NCBI GenBank assembly: GCA_029262535.1
Contig: JAJCZF010000061.1
Span: forward strand, 2,778-66,777
Length of the DNA stretch: 64,000 bases
Source: Deltaproteobacteria bacterium
GTDB lineage: Bacteria; Desulfobacterota; GWC2-55-46; JAJCZF01
Reading direction: 5' to 3'
Shown here: one piece after another, positions 36,327 through 45,047 of the stretch
Position numbering within the stretch: the first letter of the stretch is position 1
Layout of the letters: every line of letters starts with the position of its first letter
Made by a program: the position numbers and the translations under genes
The notes under the pieces: model-generated
The model's database searches: none
What the model was told of the DNA's origin: nothing
Seen by the model: the letters and a program-made list of their open reading frames with translations, nothing else

Positions 36327-37175
36327 CTACCTCTCCAAAAGCCCGCGACTCTTTCGCTCGGCCCTCTTTGCATACATCTTCACTGTGTGGTCGGCCACAC
36401 GCGCCGTCTTCTTCAGGACCTTACCTATGAAGGCCTTGTCCTCCTTCGTCAAACTCCGGCCCGTATAGGCCCGGTAGAAGCGCATTCTGTCGGTCCGCGT
36501 AAAGGCCCACTCGGGCGACGAATAATTCAGGGCCGTTATATCCTTAACAAGCCACCTTTCGCCCGGCTCGTTTCTATGTTGCACTCGTTGCAGGTCTATA
36601 AGGCGAATCTCGAAACCGGTCTCGCTGCTATCGTCGGGCCGCGCCATAACGTGCGTCAGGTACAGGTCCCTATGGTTAAAACCTTTTTCGTGAAAGGCCT
36701 TCACGAGGCGGCCCACCGCCTCTATCAGGTTTCGTTTAGATAGCACCTGGACCCACGTAAGCGGCGGCCTCAGCTCCTCTACCATGGCCTCAAGCTGTAA
36801 GAAATCGTCAAGGGCTTCTGTCAACAAAAAGGACTCTTCCTTCGAGGCCGTCCTGGTCCTCTCGCCGAATGCGACAGCGACCACAGCCCCTATACCGGCC
36901 TCTTCGAGCGCTCCGGCGGCTTCCCACTCGGCGCGGGCCTCGCCCATTGAGTTACCCTTAAGGGCGGCCTTTATCCTCTCGCCCGCCTTTATCTTACGCA
37001 GATGTCTCTTTAGATAAAAAGCCCGCTTTCGCCCCTTGTCGTTCAGCTCTATACGGGTAATCGAGCGGATGCTTATCTTCTTTAAAACCGTCCCCCCGCT
37101 ATAATCCATAAAAGAATCGAAGTCGGAAAGACCGTTCTCTTTCAAAAGCTCTTCGTATCCCTTCCGAATCTCCAT
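36327..37175 (-). CDS. lipopolysaccharide kinase (Kdo/WaaP/InaA) family protein
   Basis: ORF 36327-37250, trimmed to ATG 37175 (MEIRKGYEELL), 1 nt after the upstream stop. Catalytic loop FNHRDLYLTHVM and LIDLQRV. Confidence 0.75.
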   Translation of the reverse strand: MEIRKGYEELLKENGLSDFDSFMDYSGGTVLKKISIRSITRIELNDKGRKRAFYLKRHLRKIKAGERIKAALKGNSMGEARAEWEAAGALEEAGIGAVVAVAFGERTRTASKEESFLLTEALDDFLQLEAMVEELRPPLTWVQVLSKRNLIEAVGRLVKAFHEKGFNHRDLYLTHVMARPDDSSETGFEIRLIDLQRVQHRNEPGERWLVKDITALNYSSPEWAFTRTDRMRFYRAYTGRSLTKEDKAFIGKVLKKTARVADHTVKMYAKRAERKSRGLLER

Positions 37176-37176
37176 C

Positions 37177-38337
37177 TTATCGACGAGTTCGACCGTTACC
37201 GAAGAGCGGCACGACCTTTCTTGAGTCGGTAAGCTCATTGCATAGATCAAGTGTAGCCGAGACGTTCGACTCTATGGTATAGGCGGCGGCTTTCTCCGCG
37301 GCGGCCTCTCCAGCGCCTTCCATTTCAAAGAGCGTTTCGATACGGTCGGCTAGGATTAAGGTATTCAACGGATCGCCGATGACAAATCCGTCCACGCCTT
37401 CGGTGATGATCTCGGAGGCCCCGTTCTTTGTCGTGGTAATGACCGGCAGACCCGACGCCATCGCCTCAAGGCAGACATTTGAAAAGGGATCGTAGAGGGT
37501 CGGCAATACAAAGATATCGGCCGCGCCGTAATATCTCTCCATATCACTAACGGAACCTGCGAATAGGACCTGACCTTTTATACCTAATTTTGTAGCCATC
37601 TTTTTATAGGGAGCCGCTTTGCCCGCGCCGGTGACAAGCAGTTTTACAAAGGTCCCTTTCTGCTTGAGTACGGAAAGAGCCTTTAGGAGGTGAGAGAGCC
37701 CCTTGCGTTTAAAGTCGTTTCCGCTAAAGAGTATCAAAGGCTCGCTCTCCGATATCCCGTGGTGGAGTCTTATATCGGCGCGGTGGACCTTAGAGGCGAG
37801 GTTGAAACGCGACTGGTCGCATCCGTTATAGATTACACGTATACGCTCCGGCGCGACCTCGTATCTCTCGACCAGCCGCTTCTTGACCATCTTCGAGTTG
37901 GTGATGATACGCCTTGAGTTTTCCGGTTTAAAGAGGTTGCGTTCCGTCCGAAGTATCAGGAGGTGCTTAGGGTTGAGGTAACGGGTAAAACGGCGAAGCG
38001 GGTTTGGGAAACGCTCTCTCAGCACATCTGTATGAAGCCCCTCTCCGACCCTGTATATATCGAGCGGGTAGAAGGGCGTCAGACCGTAGACAAGATCAAA
38101 ACTTGCGCGCGAGAGATGTTTCTTAAGATTTCTTGGGAATGTAATGACCTTCAGTATCGAGTTCCAGCGCGTATAGGGGACGTAATGAAATATCAGCCCT
38201 TCTTCTTCGTCCCAGCGGTTGGCGTAGACGTGTACCTCCACGCCCTTTCGCGCAAAACTACGCGAAAGGTTTACGGCATATCTTTCAAGCCCGCCTTTGG
38301 ACTCGACATGCTCTTTTACCACGAGGGCTATCTTCAT
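37177..38337 (-). CDS. glycosyltransferase family 4 (WaaG-like)
   Basis: MKIALVVKEHVESKGGLERY and EAMASGLPVITTTKNGASEII. Confidence 0.85.
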   Translation of the reverse strand: MKIALVVKEHVESKGGLERYAVNLSRSFARKGVEVHVYANRWDEEEGLIFHYVPYTRWNSILKVITFPRNLKKHLSRASFDLVYGLTPFYPLDIYRVGEGLHTDVLRERFPNPLRRFTRYLNPKHLLILRTERNLFKPENSRRIITNSKMVKKRLVERYEVAPERIRVIYNGCDQSRFNLASKVHRADIRLHHGISESEPLILFSGNDFKRKGLSHLLKALSVLKQKGTFVKLLVTGAGKAAPYKKMATKLGIKGQVLFAGSVSDMERYYGAADIFVLPTLYDPFSNVCLEAMASGLPVITTTKNGASEIITEGVDGFVIGDPLNTLILADRIETLFEMEGAGEAAAEKAAAYTIESNVSATLDLCNELTDSRKVVPLFGNGRTRR

Positions 38338-38365
38338 CGGTTACGGCCTCTAATTATAAAATCTA

Positions 38366-38533
38366 TTAAAGTTTCGTGGCCTCGTCCAGAAGCATTATCG
38401 GGATATCGTCCTTAATGGGAAAGCTAAGCGCGCAGCTATCGCATAAGAGCGTGTCACCAGTTTCGCTCAGCCTGAGATCACCCTTACAGCCCGGACAGGC
38501 CAGTTTTTCTAAAAGTTCTTCGTTGATGGACAT
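38366..38533 (-). CDS. Trm112/YcaR-family small zinc-ribbon protein (55 aa; below the ORF-track cutoff)
   Basis: My own translation: MSINEELLEKLACPGCKGDLRLSETGDTLLCDSCALSFPIKDDIPIMLLDEATKL. It shows CPxC...CxxC plus the family hallmark (D/G)IPxML.DEA. Confidence 0.75.
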   Translation of the reverse strand: MSINEELLEKLACPGCKGDLRLSETGDTLLCDSCALSFPIKDDIPIMLLDEATKL

Positions 38534-38552
38534 TGAATCCTCCGTTTATAAA

Positions 38553-39527
38553 CTAACCTTTTGCGGCGGCTCCACCAGCTTCTTCCGCGCCCTTCTTGCC
38601 GCCCATCTTAACATATAAAACCCCTCCGGCGAGGCTCACCAGTACCGTGATAAAAAAGAATAAGAGAGATACTCCAATGGCCTGTTCCTTGGGAACGCCA
38701 GCCGTGGAAAATAGATATACAAAAACTCCCTCTCGAACGCCCAGTCCGGCAAGAGATATCGGCAGCATCGAGACGACCGTGGCTATCGGGACAAATATAA
38801 AATAGTAACCGATAGATATATCTATACCGAGCCCCCAGCCGAAGAGGAAGTATATGAACATGACCGTACTTTGAATAAAGAGCGAACAGACAAAGGCACG
38901 GGAGATGATGGAGCGTTCCCCTTTATAACTCATAAGTACCTGGTAGAGGGCCTCTATCTTCTGGTTTATTCCGTAAAAATGTATCTTCGCCATAATTTTC
39001 ATGAACCATGAATGAAAGAGATCCACCCATAATATGAGGCTTGCGCAGACGTAAGATGCGATGATTATCAAGAGGAACTCCACAACCCGCGTACCCTCAA
39101 GCAGGGAGTGACCGAGGATGATAGCAATGAGCGCGATAGTCATCAGGGCCGAAACACCGGCATAGCGATCAAGAAAGACCGAGGCGGCCGCTAACCCCCC
39201 CTTGCCAGAAGCCTTATAGAGATAATAACCCTTAAGCACGTCGCCGCCGACTATCGTCGGCAGGAAATTATTAAAGAACATGCCGATAAGATATATAGAG
39301 ATGAGCGTCCTGAAAGGGACCTTCGCATCCTTGGAAAGTATTATCGACCAGCGCAGAGTCGAGACGACCTGAACGCAAAGAAGCAATACGACGGCCGCGA
39401 CGAGCGCGATAGGGTTTATCGAAAAGATGGTATCTTTAAATTTCACCATGTCCATATTGCTAAAGAGAACGTACATGATAAAACCGCTTATAGCGATCTT
39501 TATTATCGTAAATAGATGTTTTCTCAC
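38553..39527 (-). CDS. UPF0104 / lysyl-PG-synthase-TM-like (flippase-like) membrane protein
   Basis: About 8 hydrophobic segments. Signature FFNNFLPTIVGGDVLKGYYL. A 4-nt overlap joins it to the GT2 gene. Confidence 0.7.
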   Translation of the reverse strand: MRKHLFTIIKIAISGFIMYVLFSNMDMVKFKDTIFSINPIALVAAVVLLLCVQVVSTLRWSIILSKDAKVPFRTLISIYLIGMFFNNFLPTIVGGDVLKGYYLYKASGKGGLAAASVFLDRYAGVSALMTIALIAIILGHSLLEGTRVVEFLLIIIASYVCASLILWVDLFHSWFMKIMAKIHFYGINQKIEALYQVLMSYKGERSIISRAFVCSLFIQSTVMFIYFLFGWGLGIDISIGYYFIFVPIATVVSMLPISLAGLGVREGVFVYLFSTAGVPKEQAIGVSLLFFFITVLVSLAGGVLYVKMGGKKGAEEAGGAAAKG

Positions 39528-40483
39528 TTCTTACCCAGTACCTTCTTGACCACGAAGATCGGTTTGTTCTGGCTCTCGTGGTATACGCGCGCGAGCATCT
39601 CTCCGAGAAGCCCGAGGATTATTAATTGAACTCCAAGTATTATACAAAGAATACCCAGCATGAGTAGCGGACGGCCCCCTATGGGCGCGCCGGTAAATAT
39701 CTTTACGGCGGTCAAATAGAGACTGATCAAAAAACCCGCGCCGCCCAGAAAGAGCCCGGCCGGGCCAAAGGCCTGAATCGGCCTCGTTGAAAAACTCTGG
39801 AGAAACTTTACCGTTATGAGGTCGAGTATTACGCGTAGGATGCGCGATATACCGTACTTCGACGTGCCGTACTTGCGCGCGTGGTGAGTAGTCTCGACCT
39901 CGACAATCTTTGCCCCGACCCAGCTTGCCAGAGCGGGGATAAAACGGTGCATCTCGCCATAAAGATTTATATTCTTTATGACCTCCTTGCGATAGGCCTT
40001 GAGCGTGCAGCCGTAGTCGTGAAGGGCAACGCCGGTAACCTTGCTTATGAGCCAGTTGGCGGCGACCGACGGCATCCTTCTGGATAAGAGTTTATCCTGC
40101 CGGTTCTTCCTCCAGCCGCTCACCACGTCGGCGTCTTTTATGGCCTCCAGAAGGACCGGGATATCGGCAGGATCGTTTTGCAGGTCGGCGTCCATGGTGA
40201 TAATAATATCGCCCGTGGCATACTTAAAACCCGCAGCCATGGCGGCGGTCTGTCCAAAGTTCCTGCGAAAGGTCACGACGACGACCTGCTCGTCGCTCTC
40301 CTGAATAGACTCCAATACCCCGATAGAACCGTCGGTCGAACCGTCGTCTATAAAGACTATCTCATAGGGCCTTTTCAGGCTCTTCACAGAGTCCTTGACC
40401 GACTTATAGAGATGCGGCAGAGATTCTACCTCGTTATAAACAGGTATTACTATTGAAATTGATTCCGCCAAATTCGCACTCAC
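39524..40483 (-). CDS. GT2 polyprenyl-phosphate glycosyltransferase (ArnC/GtrB-like) with two C-terminal TM helices
   Basis: ISIVIPVYNEVESL, VFIDDGSTDGS, FRRNFGQTAAM, ITMDADLQNDP, then two hydrophobic helices. Confidence 0.85.
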   Translation of the reverse strand: MSANLAESISIVIPVYNEVESLPHLYKSVKDSVKSLKRPYEIVFIDDGSTDGSIGVLESIQESDEQVVVVTFRRNFGQTAAMAAGFKYATGDIIITMDADLQNDPADIPVLLEAIKDADVVSGWRKNRQDKLLSRRMPSVAANWLISKVTGVALHDYGCTLKAYRKEVIKNINLYGEMHRFIPALASWVGAKIVEVETTHHARKYGTSKYGISRILRVILDLITVKFLQSFSTRPIQAFGPAGLFLGGAGFLISLYLTAVKIFTGAPIGGRPLLMLGILCIILGVQLIILGLLGEMLARVYHESQNKPIFVVKKVLGKK

Positions 40484-40498
40484 TTTATTAATAGACTA

Positions 40499-41560
40499 TT
40501 ATACGCTTTTTCTTAACCGAGAGATCTCTATATCTATACTCTCGCCCACCGCCCGAAGCACGTCGTCAACCCTGATCTCGTCCATGCACTTCGTATCGGA
40601 GCACTCTCTCTTAAAACACGGACTGCAGTCGATACCGGTCCTTAAGATAGTATGGCCTTCACCGTATGGGCCGGTCCTGCCAGGCGCCGTAGGCCCGAAT
40701 AAGGCGACCACGCGACAGCCCGCGGCAACCGCCAGATGCATAGGGCCGGAATCTACCGTCACGATAGCCGAAGAACGCCTCAGGATACAAATAAGCTCCT
40801 TAAGGCTTGTCTTACCTGCAAGGTTTACCGTGTCCCTGCCGGCGCGTGTCTTTATACTTTCCAAATAATCGTAATCGTTCGGCGAACCCACGAGCACCAC
40901 CTTAAAATTATACATCCTGTAGAGGTCACGCGAGAGCTCCGCGAAATTCTTAACGGGCCAGAGCTTGGTCTTCCACCTTGCGCGCGGCGCAACAGCCACA
41001 AAAGGCATATTCGGACCGATACCAACAGAGTCCAGAAGGGACTCCATCTCGGCCTCTGTCTTCTCGTCTATATCGAGCGGGAAGACGACCTTGCCAATAT
41101 CCTTCGTAATGCTGCTAAGAAGATGCTTGGCTAGCAGTAGATACCTGTCCACGGCATGCATCTCAGGGTCGTAGACCTTCACCTTCTCGCTATAAAATAC
41201 CGTGCTCATCTCACGGGCGTTAGAAAAGCCGATCCTCCGCGCCCCCTTGGCGCGCGAGACCCAGACCGCGCTCTTCATCAAACCCTGAAAGTCAAGGACA
41301 GCGTCGTAACGCTTGGCCACGAGCCGTTTCGCGGTCTGGCGGCTCTGGCTAAAGTTCTTGGTCCATCCGCGTTTTTTTACGACGATAAGCTCGTCGATCA
41401 TCGAGTTGCCTTCGAGAATAGGCGCGGACGCCTCTTCAACGAGCCAGTCTATTGTAATAGACTTTCCGGCCTTTTCAAAACCCTTTCTGATAGCATAAAG
41501 AGAAGGCAGCGTATGTATGCAATCGCCAAGCGACGAGAGCTTTACGATAAGTACCTTCAA
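40499..41560 (-). CDS. waaC: LPS heptosyltransferase I-like (GT9)
   Basis: MKVLIVKLSSLGDCIHTLPSLYAIRKGF is a WaaC-type N-terminus. Also IVTVDSGPMHLAVAAGCRVVALFGPT. Confidence 0.75.
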   Translation of the reverse strand: MKVLIVKLSSLGDCIHTLPSLYAIRKGFEKAGKSITIDWLVEEASAPILEGNSMIDELIVVKKRGWTKNFSQSRQTAKRLVAKRYDAVLDFQGLMKSAVWVSRAKGARRIGFSNAREMSTVFYSEKVKVYDPEMHAVDRYLLLAKHLLSSITKDIGKVVFPLDIDEKTEAEMESLLDSVGIGPNMPFVAVAPRARWKTKLWPVKNFAELSRDLYRMYNFKVVLVGSPNDYDYLESIKTRAGRDTVNLAGKTSLKELICILRRSSAIVTVDSGPMHLAVAAGCRVVALFGPTAPGRTGPYGEGHTILRTGIDCSPCFKRECSDTKCMDEIRVDDVLRAVGESIDIEISRLRKSV

Positions 41561-42123
41561 CCCTTTAGATCCTCCAATATCCAGTCGACGGCCCCGGTTA
41601 GGTCGGCTGCGATAAAAGCCGGTCTCGCCTCCGCGTTATCTCTGGTAACAGTACCGAAGCCGGTCAGGACCAGCACGCCACGCGCGCCGATTTTTTCGGC
41701 TAGCCTCATGTCGGCAAACTTGTCGCCGACCATATACGAGGCTTGTCCGGCAAGACCAAGCTCTTCGGAGGCCATCTTTACCAGTCCCGGCGCTGGTTTT
41801 CTGCACTCGCAGCCGTGGTTTGGCAGATGAGGACAAAAATAGATACCGTCCAGGCGCGCGCCCTCTGCCTTAAGCAGTTCGGCTAACCTCTCGTGAACCT
41901 TCGCCAGATCCTCTTCCGTGAGCAGGTTGCGCCCTATGCCGGACTGGTTCGTTATGAGCGCCACAGTCAGGCCCGCGTCGTTGAGCTTCTTAACCGCTCC
42001 GGCAGCGCCGGGAAAGAGCACCAAATCGTCCGGGTCGCTTAGATAACCCGGGTCGTCGTTTATCGTGCCGTCCCTGTCAAGATATACGACACCGCTCAGG
42101 TTAGTCTCAAGCGCGCCCGTCAT
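41557..42123 (-). CDS. gmhB: D-glycero-D-manno-heptose 1,7-bisphosphate phosphatase
   Basis: HAD motif VYLDRDGTIN, LITNQSGIGR, and the zinc motif CPHLPNHGCECRKP. Confidence 0.85.
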   Translation of the reverse strand: MTGALETNLSGVVYLDRDGTINDDPGYLSDPDDLVLFPGAAGAVKKLNDAGLTVALITNQSGIGRNLLTEEDLAKVHERLAELLKAEGARLDGIYFCPHLPNHGCECRKPAPGLVKMASEELGLAGQASYMVGDKFADMRLAEKIGARGVLVLTGFGTVTRDNAEARPAFIAADLTGAVDWILEDLKG

Positions 42124-43196
42124 AAGGTATTACCCGCACCCGCAGGGGTGGCAGCAGTGCGCGACAGTAGCGTCCTTGCAACCTCTAAAGCCATATACGG
42201 TTTTATCATATCCATACATTCATAATCTTTATCTTTGCACTTTCTATCAAAACAGGGCCTGCACTCGACATCTGCGCAAAGGACGTTTACCGCCTTGCCG
42301 AGCGGCCCGGTTAGTTCGGGTTCGGTCGAGGCGAATATCGCAACGGTCGGCACCCCTAGCGCCGCGGCTATATGCATAGGCCCCGAGTCGTTCGATATAA
42401 ATAACTTTGCCCCGGCAGCCATAGCTATAAACTCCCGAAGGCCCGTCTTGCCGGTAAGGTTCAGGTGCTCGATATCCTTTTGGGCAAGTCTCTTTGACAA
42501 AGCCTCTGAGTCATCAACGTCGTCCGGCCCTCCGAATATAACAGGGGCCATTGAAAAGTCCGACGAGAGCTCCTTTATGGTTTCTGCAAAAGAGTCCGCG
42601 GGCCACCTCTTGGCAGGCCCGTAAGTAGCGCCGGGCGCGACACCTAACATCGCCGTCAGCGGTCCGACACCGGCTTCTTCTAATGTGGCGCGCGCAAGCT
42701 CGGACTCTTTTTCAGTTATATAAATCTGCGGAACAGGTTCCTTTGGAAGCTCGCCGCCAAGCTCTTTAACTATATTCAGGTAATAAAAGACCTGATGGCG
42801 TTTCTTTATCTCATCCGTAACCGGGATCGACTTAGTCAAAAACGGACCGCGCATATCCCTGGCATAACCGATACGCTCCGGTATGCGTGCCAGAAAGGTT
42901 ATAAGGGCGGCTTCAAAGGCGTTTTGAAAGAGCACGGCCTTTGTGAATTTCTTTTTTTTAAGCGAACGCGCAAGCGACATACGCCCCTTAAGCCCGCTAT
43001 GAGCGCCCGTGGAGTCGTAGTCGACTATCTCGTACACAAAAGGGTTTTGCTCATAAACTGCGCGCACCCTCGGCTTGGCCAAGATCGTTATTTTCGCCCC
43101 GGTAAAACGCCTCCCAAGGCTCTCGAGCGCGGGCAGTGTCATGACCGCGTCGCCGATCCAGTTAGGGACCCTTACCAGAATCCTTTCGATTCCCAC
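42120..43196 (-). CDS. waaF: LPS heptosyltransferase II-like (GT9)
   Basis: GTG start at 43196. ILVRVPNWIGDAVMTLPALESL and FISNDSGPMHIAAALGVPTVAIFAST. Confidence 0.75.
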   Translation of the reverse strand: MGIERILVRVPNWIGDAVMTLPALESLGRRFTGAKITILAKPRVRAVYEQNPFVYEIVDYDSTGAHSGLKGRMSLARSLKKKKFTKAVLFQNAFEAALITFLARIPERIGYARDMRGPFLTKSIPVTDEIKKRHQVFYYLNIVKELGGELPKEPVPQIYITEKESELARATLEEAGVGPLTAMLGVAPGATYGPAKRWPADSFAETIKELSSDFSMAPVIFGGPDDVDDSEALSKRLAQKDIEHLNLTGKTGLREFIAMAAGAKLFISNDSGPMHIAAALGVPTVAIFASTEPELTGPLGKAVNVLCADVECRPCFDRKCKDKDYECMDMIKPYMALEVARTLLSRTAATPAGAGNTL

Positions 43197-43241
43197 TCTA
43201 AATACCCGTTCCGTCTAAACTAATCGTTCTTAGAACAATAT

Positions 43242-43271
43242 ATTATAGTATGAAAAGCAGCCAATTTGCAA
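43242..43271 (-). promoter_or_regulatory. sigma70-like promoter candidate for the waaF-led operon
   Basis: Minus strand: TTGCAA (43266-43271), 18-nt spacer, TATAAT (complement of 43242-43247). Confidence 0.45.
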
Positions 43272-43317
43272 ACTTAATTAACCCCACGGTCCATTAGACG
43301 ACCGCGGCGTCTTGAGA

Positions 43318-43346
43318 TTGACAAAGTACCGGGCCGGTGCTATCTT
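43318..43346 (+). promoter_or_regulatory. sigma70-like promoter candidate for the PfkB kinase and methyltransferase genes
   Basis: TTGACA (43318-43323), 17-nt spacer, TATCTT (43341-43346). Confidence 0.4.
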
Positions 43347-43427
43347 CTCTCTATCATGGGCCATGCGGTATATATACCGTCATCTACAAAGAGTTTTTGT
43401 CTTTTCATAGAGAAGCGGAGAACTAGA

Positions 43428-44318
43428 ATGACAGTCGTCACCGGGTTAGGCCAATGCTCCTACGACTATATTGCGGCAGTCGATTCCTTTGCCGAAGAGG
43501 ACTCGAAAAAAGAGATCTCCGCCTGGCACGAGAGCGGCGGCGGCCCCGTTGCAACGGCGCTCGTAAGCCTCTCGCGCCTGGGTATTGAAACGACCTTCAT
43601 GGGCAGGGTCTCCGACGACCGCGCAGGCAGGCTTATCCGCAAGGAACTTCGAGAAGAGGGCATTAATACGCGAGGTCTGAGAAGCCTGCCTGGCGGCAAG
43701 TCTCAGACGGCCTTCATCGTAGCCAATAAGACAAACGCCAAAAGGACGATATTCTGGCAACAGGCGACCGTCAGGCCGCTCGCGCCAAAGGAGATAAGCA
43801 AGAAGCAGATTCAGCGAAGTGACCTGCTTCTGATCGACGGCCTGATGCGCGAGGCCTCTCTTCACGCCGCCGCAATTGCGCGCGAGGCGTCTGTGCCGGT
43901 AATGATAGACGCGGGTTCGCTACGCGACCACACCGTCGAGCTATTAAAACTCTCCGACTATATTGTCTGCTCTGAAAACTTTAGCAGAGAGTTCGCCGTT
44001 ACACCGAGGGAAACAGTTAAAGAGCTGCTTAAGTTCATGCCGCGCGCCATCACAATTACACTTGGAGATAAAGGTTCGATAAGCTGCTTTAATGGAGAGA
44101 TATTCAAGAGCCCGGCCTTCAAGGTAAAGGCCGTCGATACAACAGGCGCGGGCGACGTATTCCACGGCGGTTATATATACGGCATCTTACAGGGCTGGCC
44201 GATAGAAAAAACGGTCGAGTTCGCCTCGGCCTTCGCCGCGCTTAAATGTCAAAAACCCGGAGGTCGCTCCGGTATACCCACACTAGAGAAGACACTCTCA
44301 TTTATGAAAGGAAGATAG
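43428..44318 (+). CDS. PfkB-family carbohydrate kinase (ribokinase-like)
   Basis: ORF 43356-44318, trimmed to ATG 43428 (GGAG lies 7 nt upstream; MTVVTGLGQCSYDY). Contains DTTGAGDVFHGGYIYG. Confidence 0.8.
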   Translation: MTVVTGLGQCSYDYIAAVDSFAEEDSKKEISAWHESGGGPVATALVSLSRLGIETTFMGRVSDDRAGRLIRKELREEGINTRGLRSLPGGKSQTAFIVANKTNAKRTIFWQQATVRPLAPKEISKKQIQRSDLLLIDGLMREASLHAAAIAREASVPVMIDAGSLRDHTVELLKLSDYIVCSENFSREFAVTPRETVKELLKFMPRAITITLGDKGSISCFNGEIFKSPAFKVKAVDTTGAGDVFHGGYIYGILQGWPIEKTVEFASAFAALKCQKPGGRSGIPTLEKTLSFMKGR

Positions 44319-45047
44319 ATGTCACCATACAAAGAGACGCGCTGGGGAGAAAAAGATTTTGGAAGGATATATCTCGATACGGCAGAGACCTTTGTGCCCG
44401 ACAGGGAGAGGTTGATCGAGATGGCCTGCTCATTTTATGAAGATTTCGTAAAGACCGATAACGGGGAAAAGAGCTTGCTTGAACTCGGCCCCGGAGACGG
44501 CGCATTTACAAACGGCCTTCTAAGCGCGGAGCCTAAGCTAAGAGCGACCCTCGTCGATGCCTCCCCGCAGATGATAAACGCTGCAAAAGAGAGGCTCACC
44601 AACATAGGCACGGAATTTATAATATCGAGCTTTGAAGATCTGCTCGAAGACGACCCGCTCGCAGGGCGCGAGTTCGACTTTGTCGTATCCTCTCTTGCCA
44701 TACACCACATGAAGAGCGAATCAAAGGCCGCATTTTATAGATATATCTTTGACCATATAAGCCCGGGCGGGGCTTTCTTTAATATCGACACGGTCGCCTC
44801 TCCGACAGAGGATATCGAGGACTGGTATATAAAACTCTGGGGCCGGTGGATAGACGGACAAGAGATAAAACCCGACCCCGACGGCCCCTTTGCCAAGAAA
44901 CATCGTGAGATAAAGAATAAACCGGGCAACCACACCGACCCGCTCTTTGATCAAATTGCCATTCTCAAAGAGATCGGTTTTGTCGGAGCGGACTGCTTTT
45001 ATAAGTACGGAAGGTTCGCCGCCTTCGGCGGCAGAAGAGAGAAATAA
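44319..45047 (+). CDS. class I SAM-dependent methyltransferase
   Basis: LLELGPGDGAFT, FDFVVSSLAIHHM, ISPGGAFFNID. AAGGAAG precedes the ATG. Confidence 0.8.
   Translation: MSPYKETRWGEKDFGRIYLDTAETFVPDRERLIEMACSFYEDFVKTDNGEKSLLELGPGDGAFTNGLLSAEPKLRATLVDASPQMINAAKERLTNIGTEFIISSFEDLLEDDPLAGREFDFVVSSLAIHHMKSESKAAFYRYIFDHISPGGAFFNIDTVASPTEDIEDWYIKLWGRWIDGQEIKPDPDGPFAKKHREIKNKPGNHTDPLFDQIAILKEIGFVGADCFYKYGRFAAFGGRREK

Noticed and set aside
41156-41830. 224-aa plus-strand ORF over waaC and gmhB. The same reasoning applies to 24042-24575, 24717-25274, 42235-42624, 51839-52309, 53190-53606 and the other long antisense ORFs in the track.
   Set aside because: All are opposite-strand shadows of genes with strong family motifs. 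None shows a motif or a sensible start context.
43356-43427. N-terminal extension of the PfkB kinase (MGHAVYIPSSTKSFCLFIEKRRTR)
   Set aside because: The extension has no similarity to PfkB N-termini. A GGAG site precedes ATG 43428, where the conserved beta-strand VVTGLG begins.
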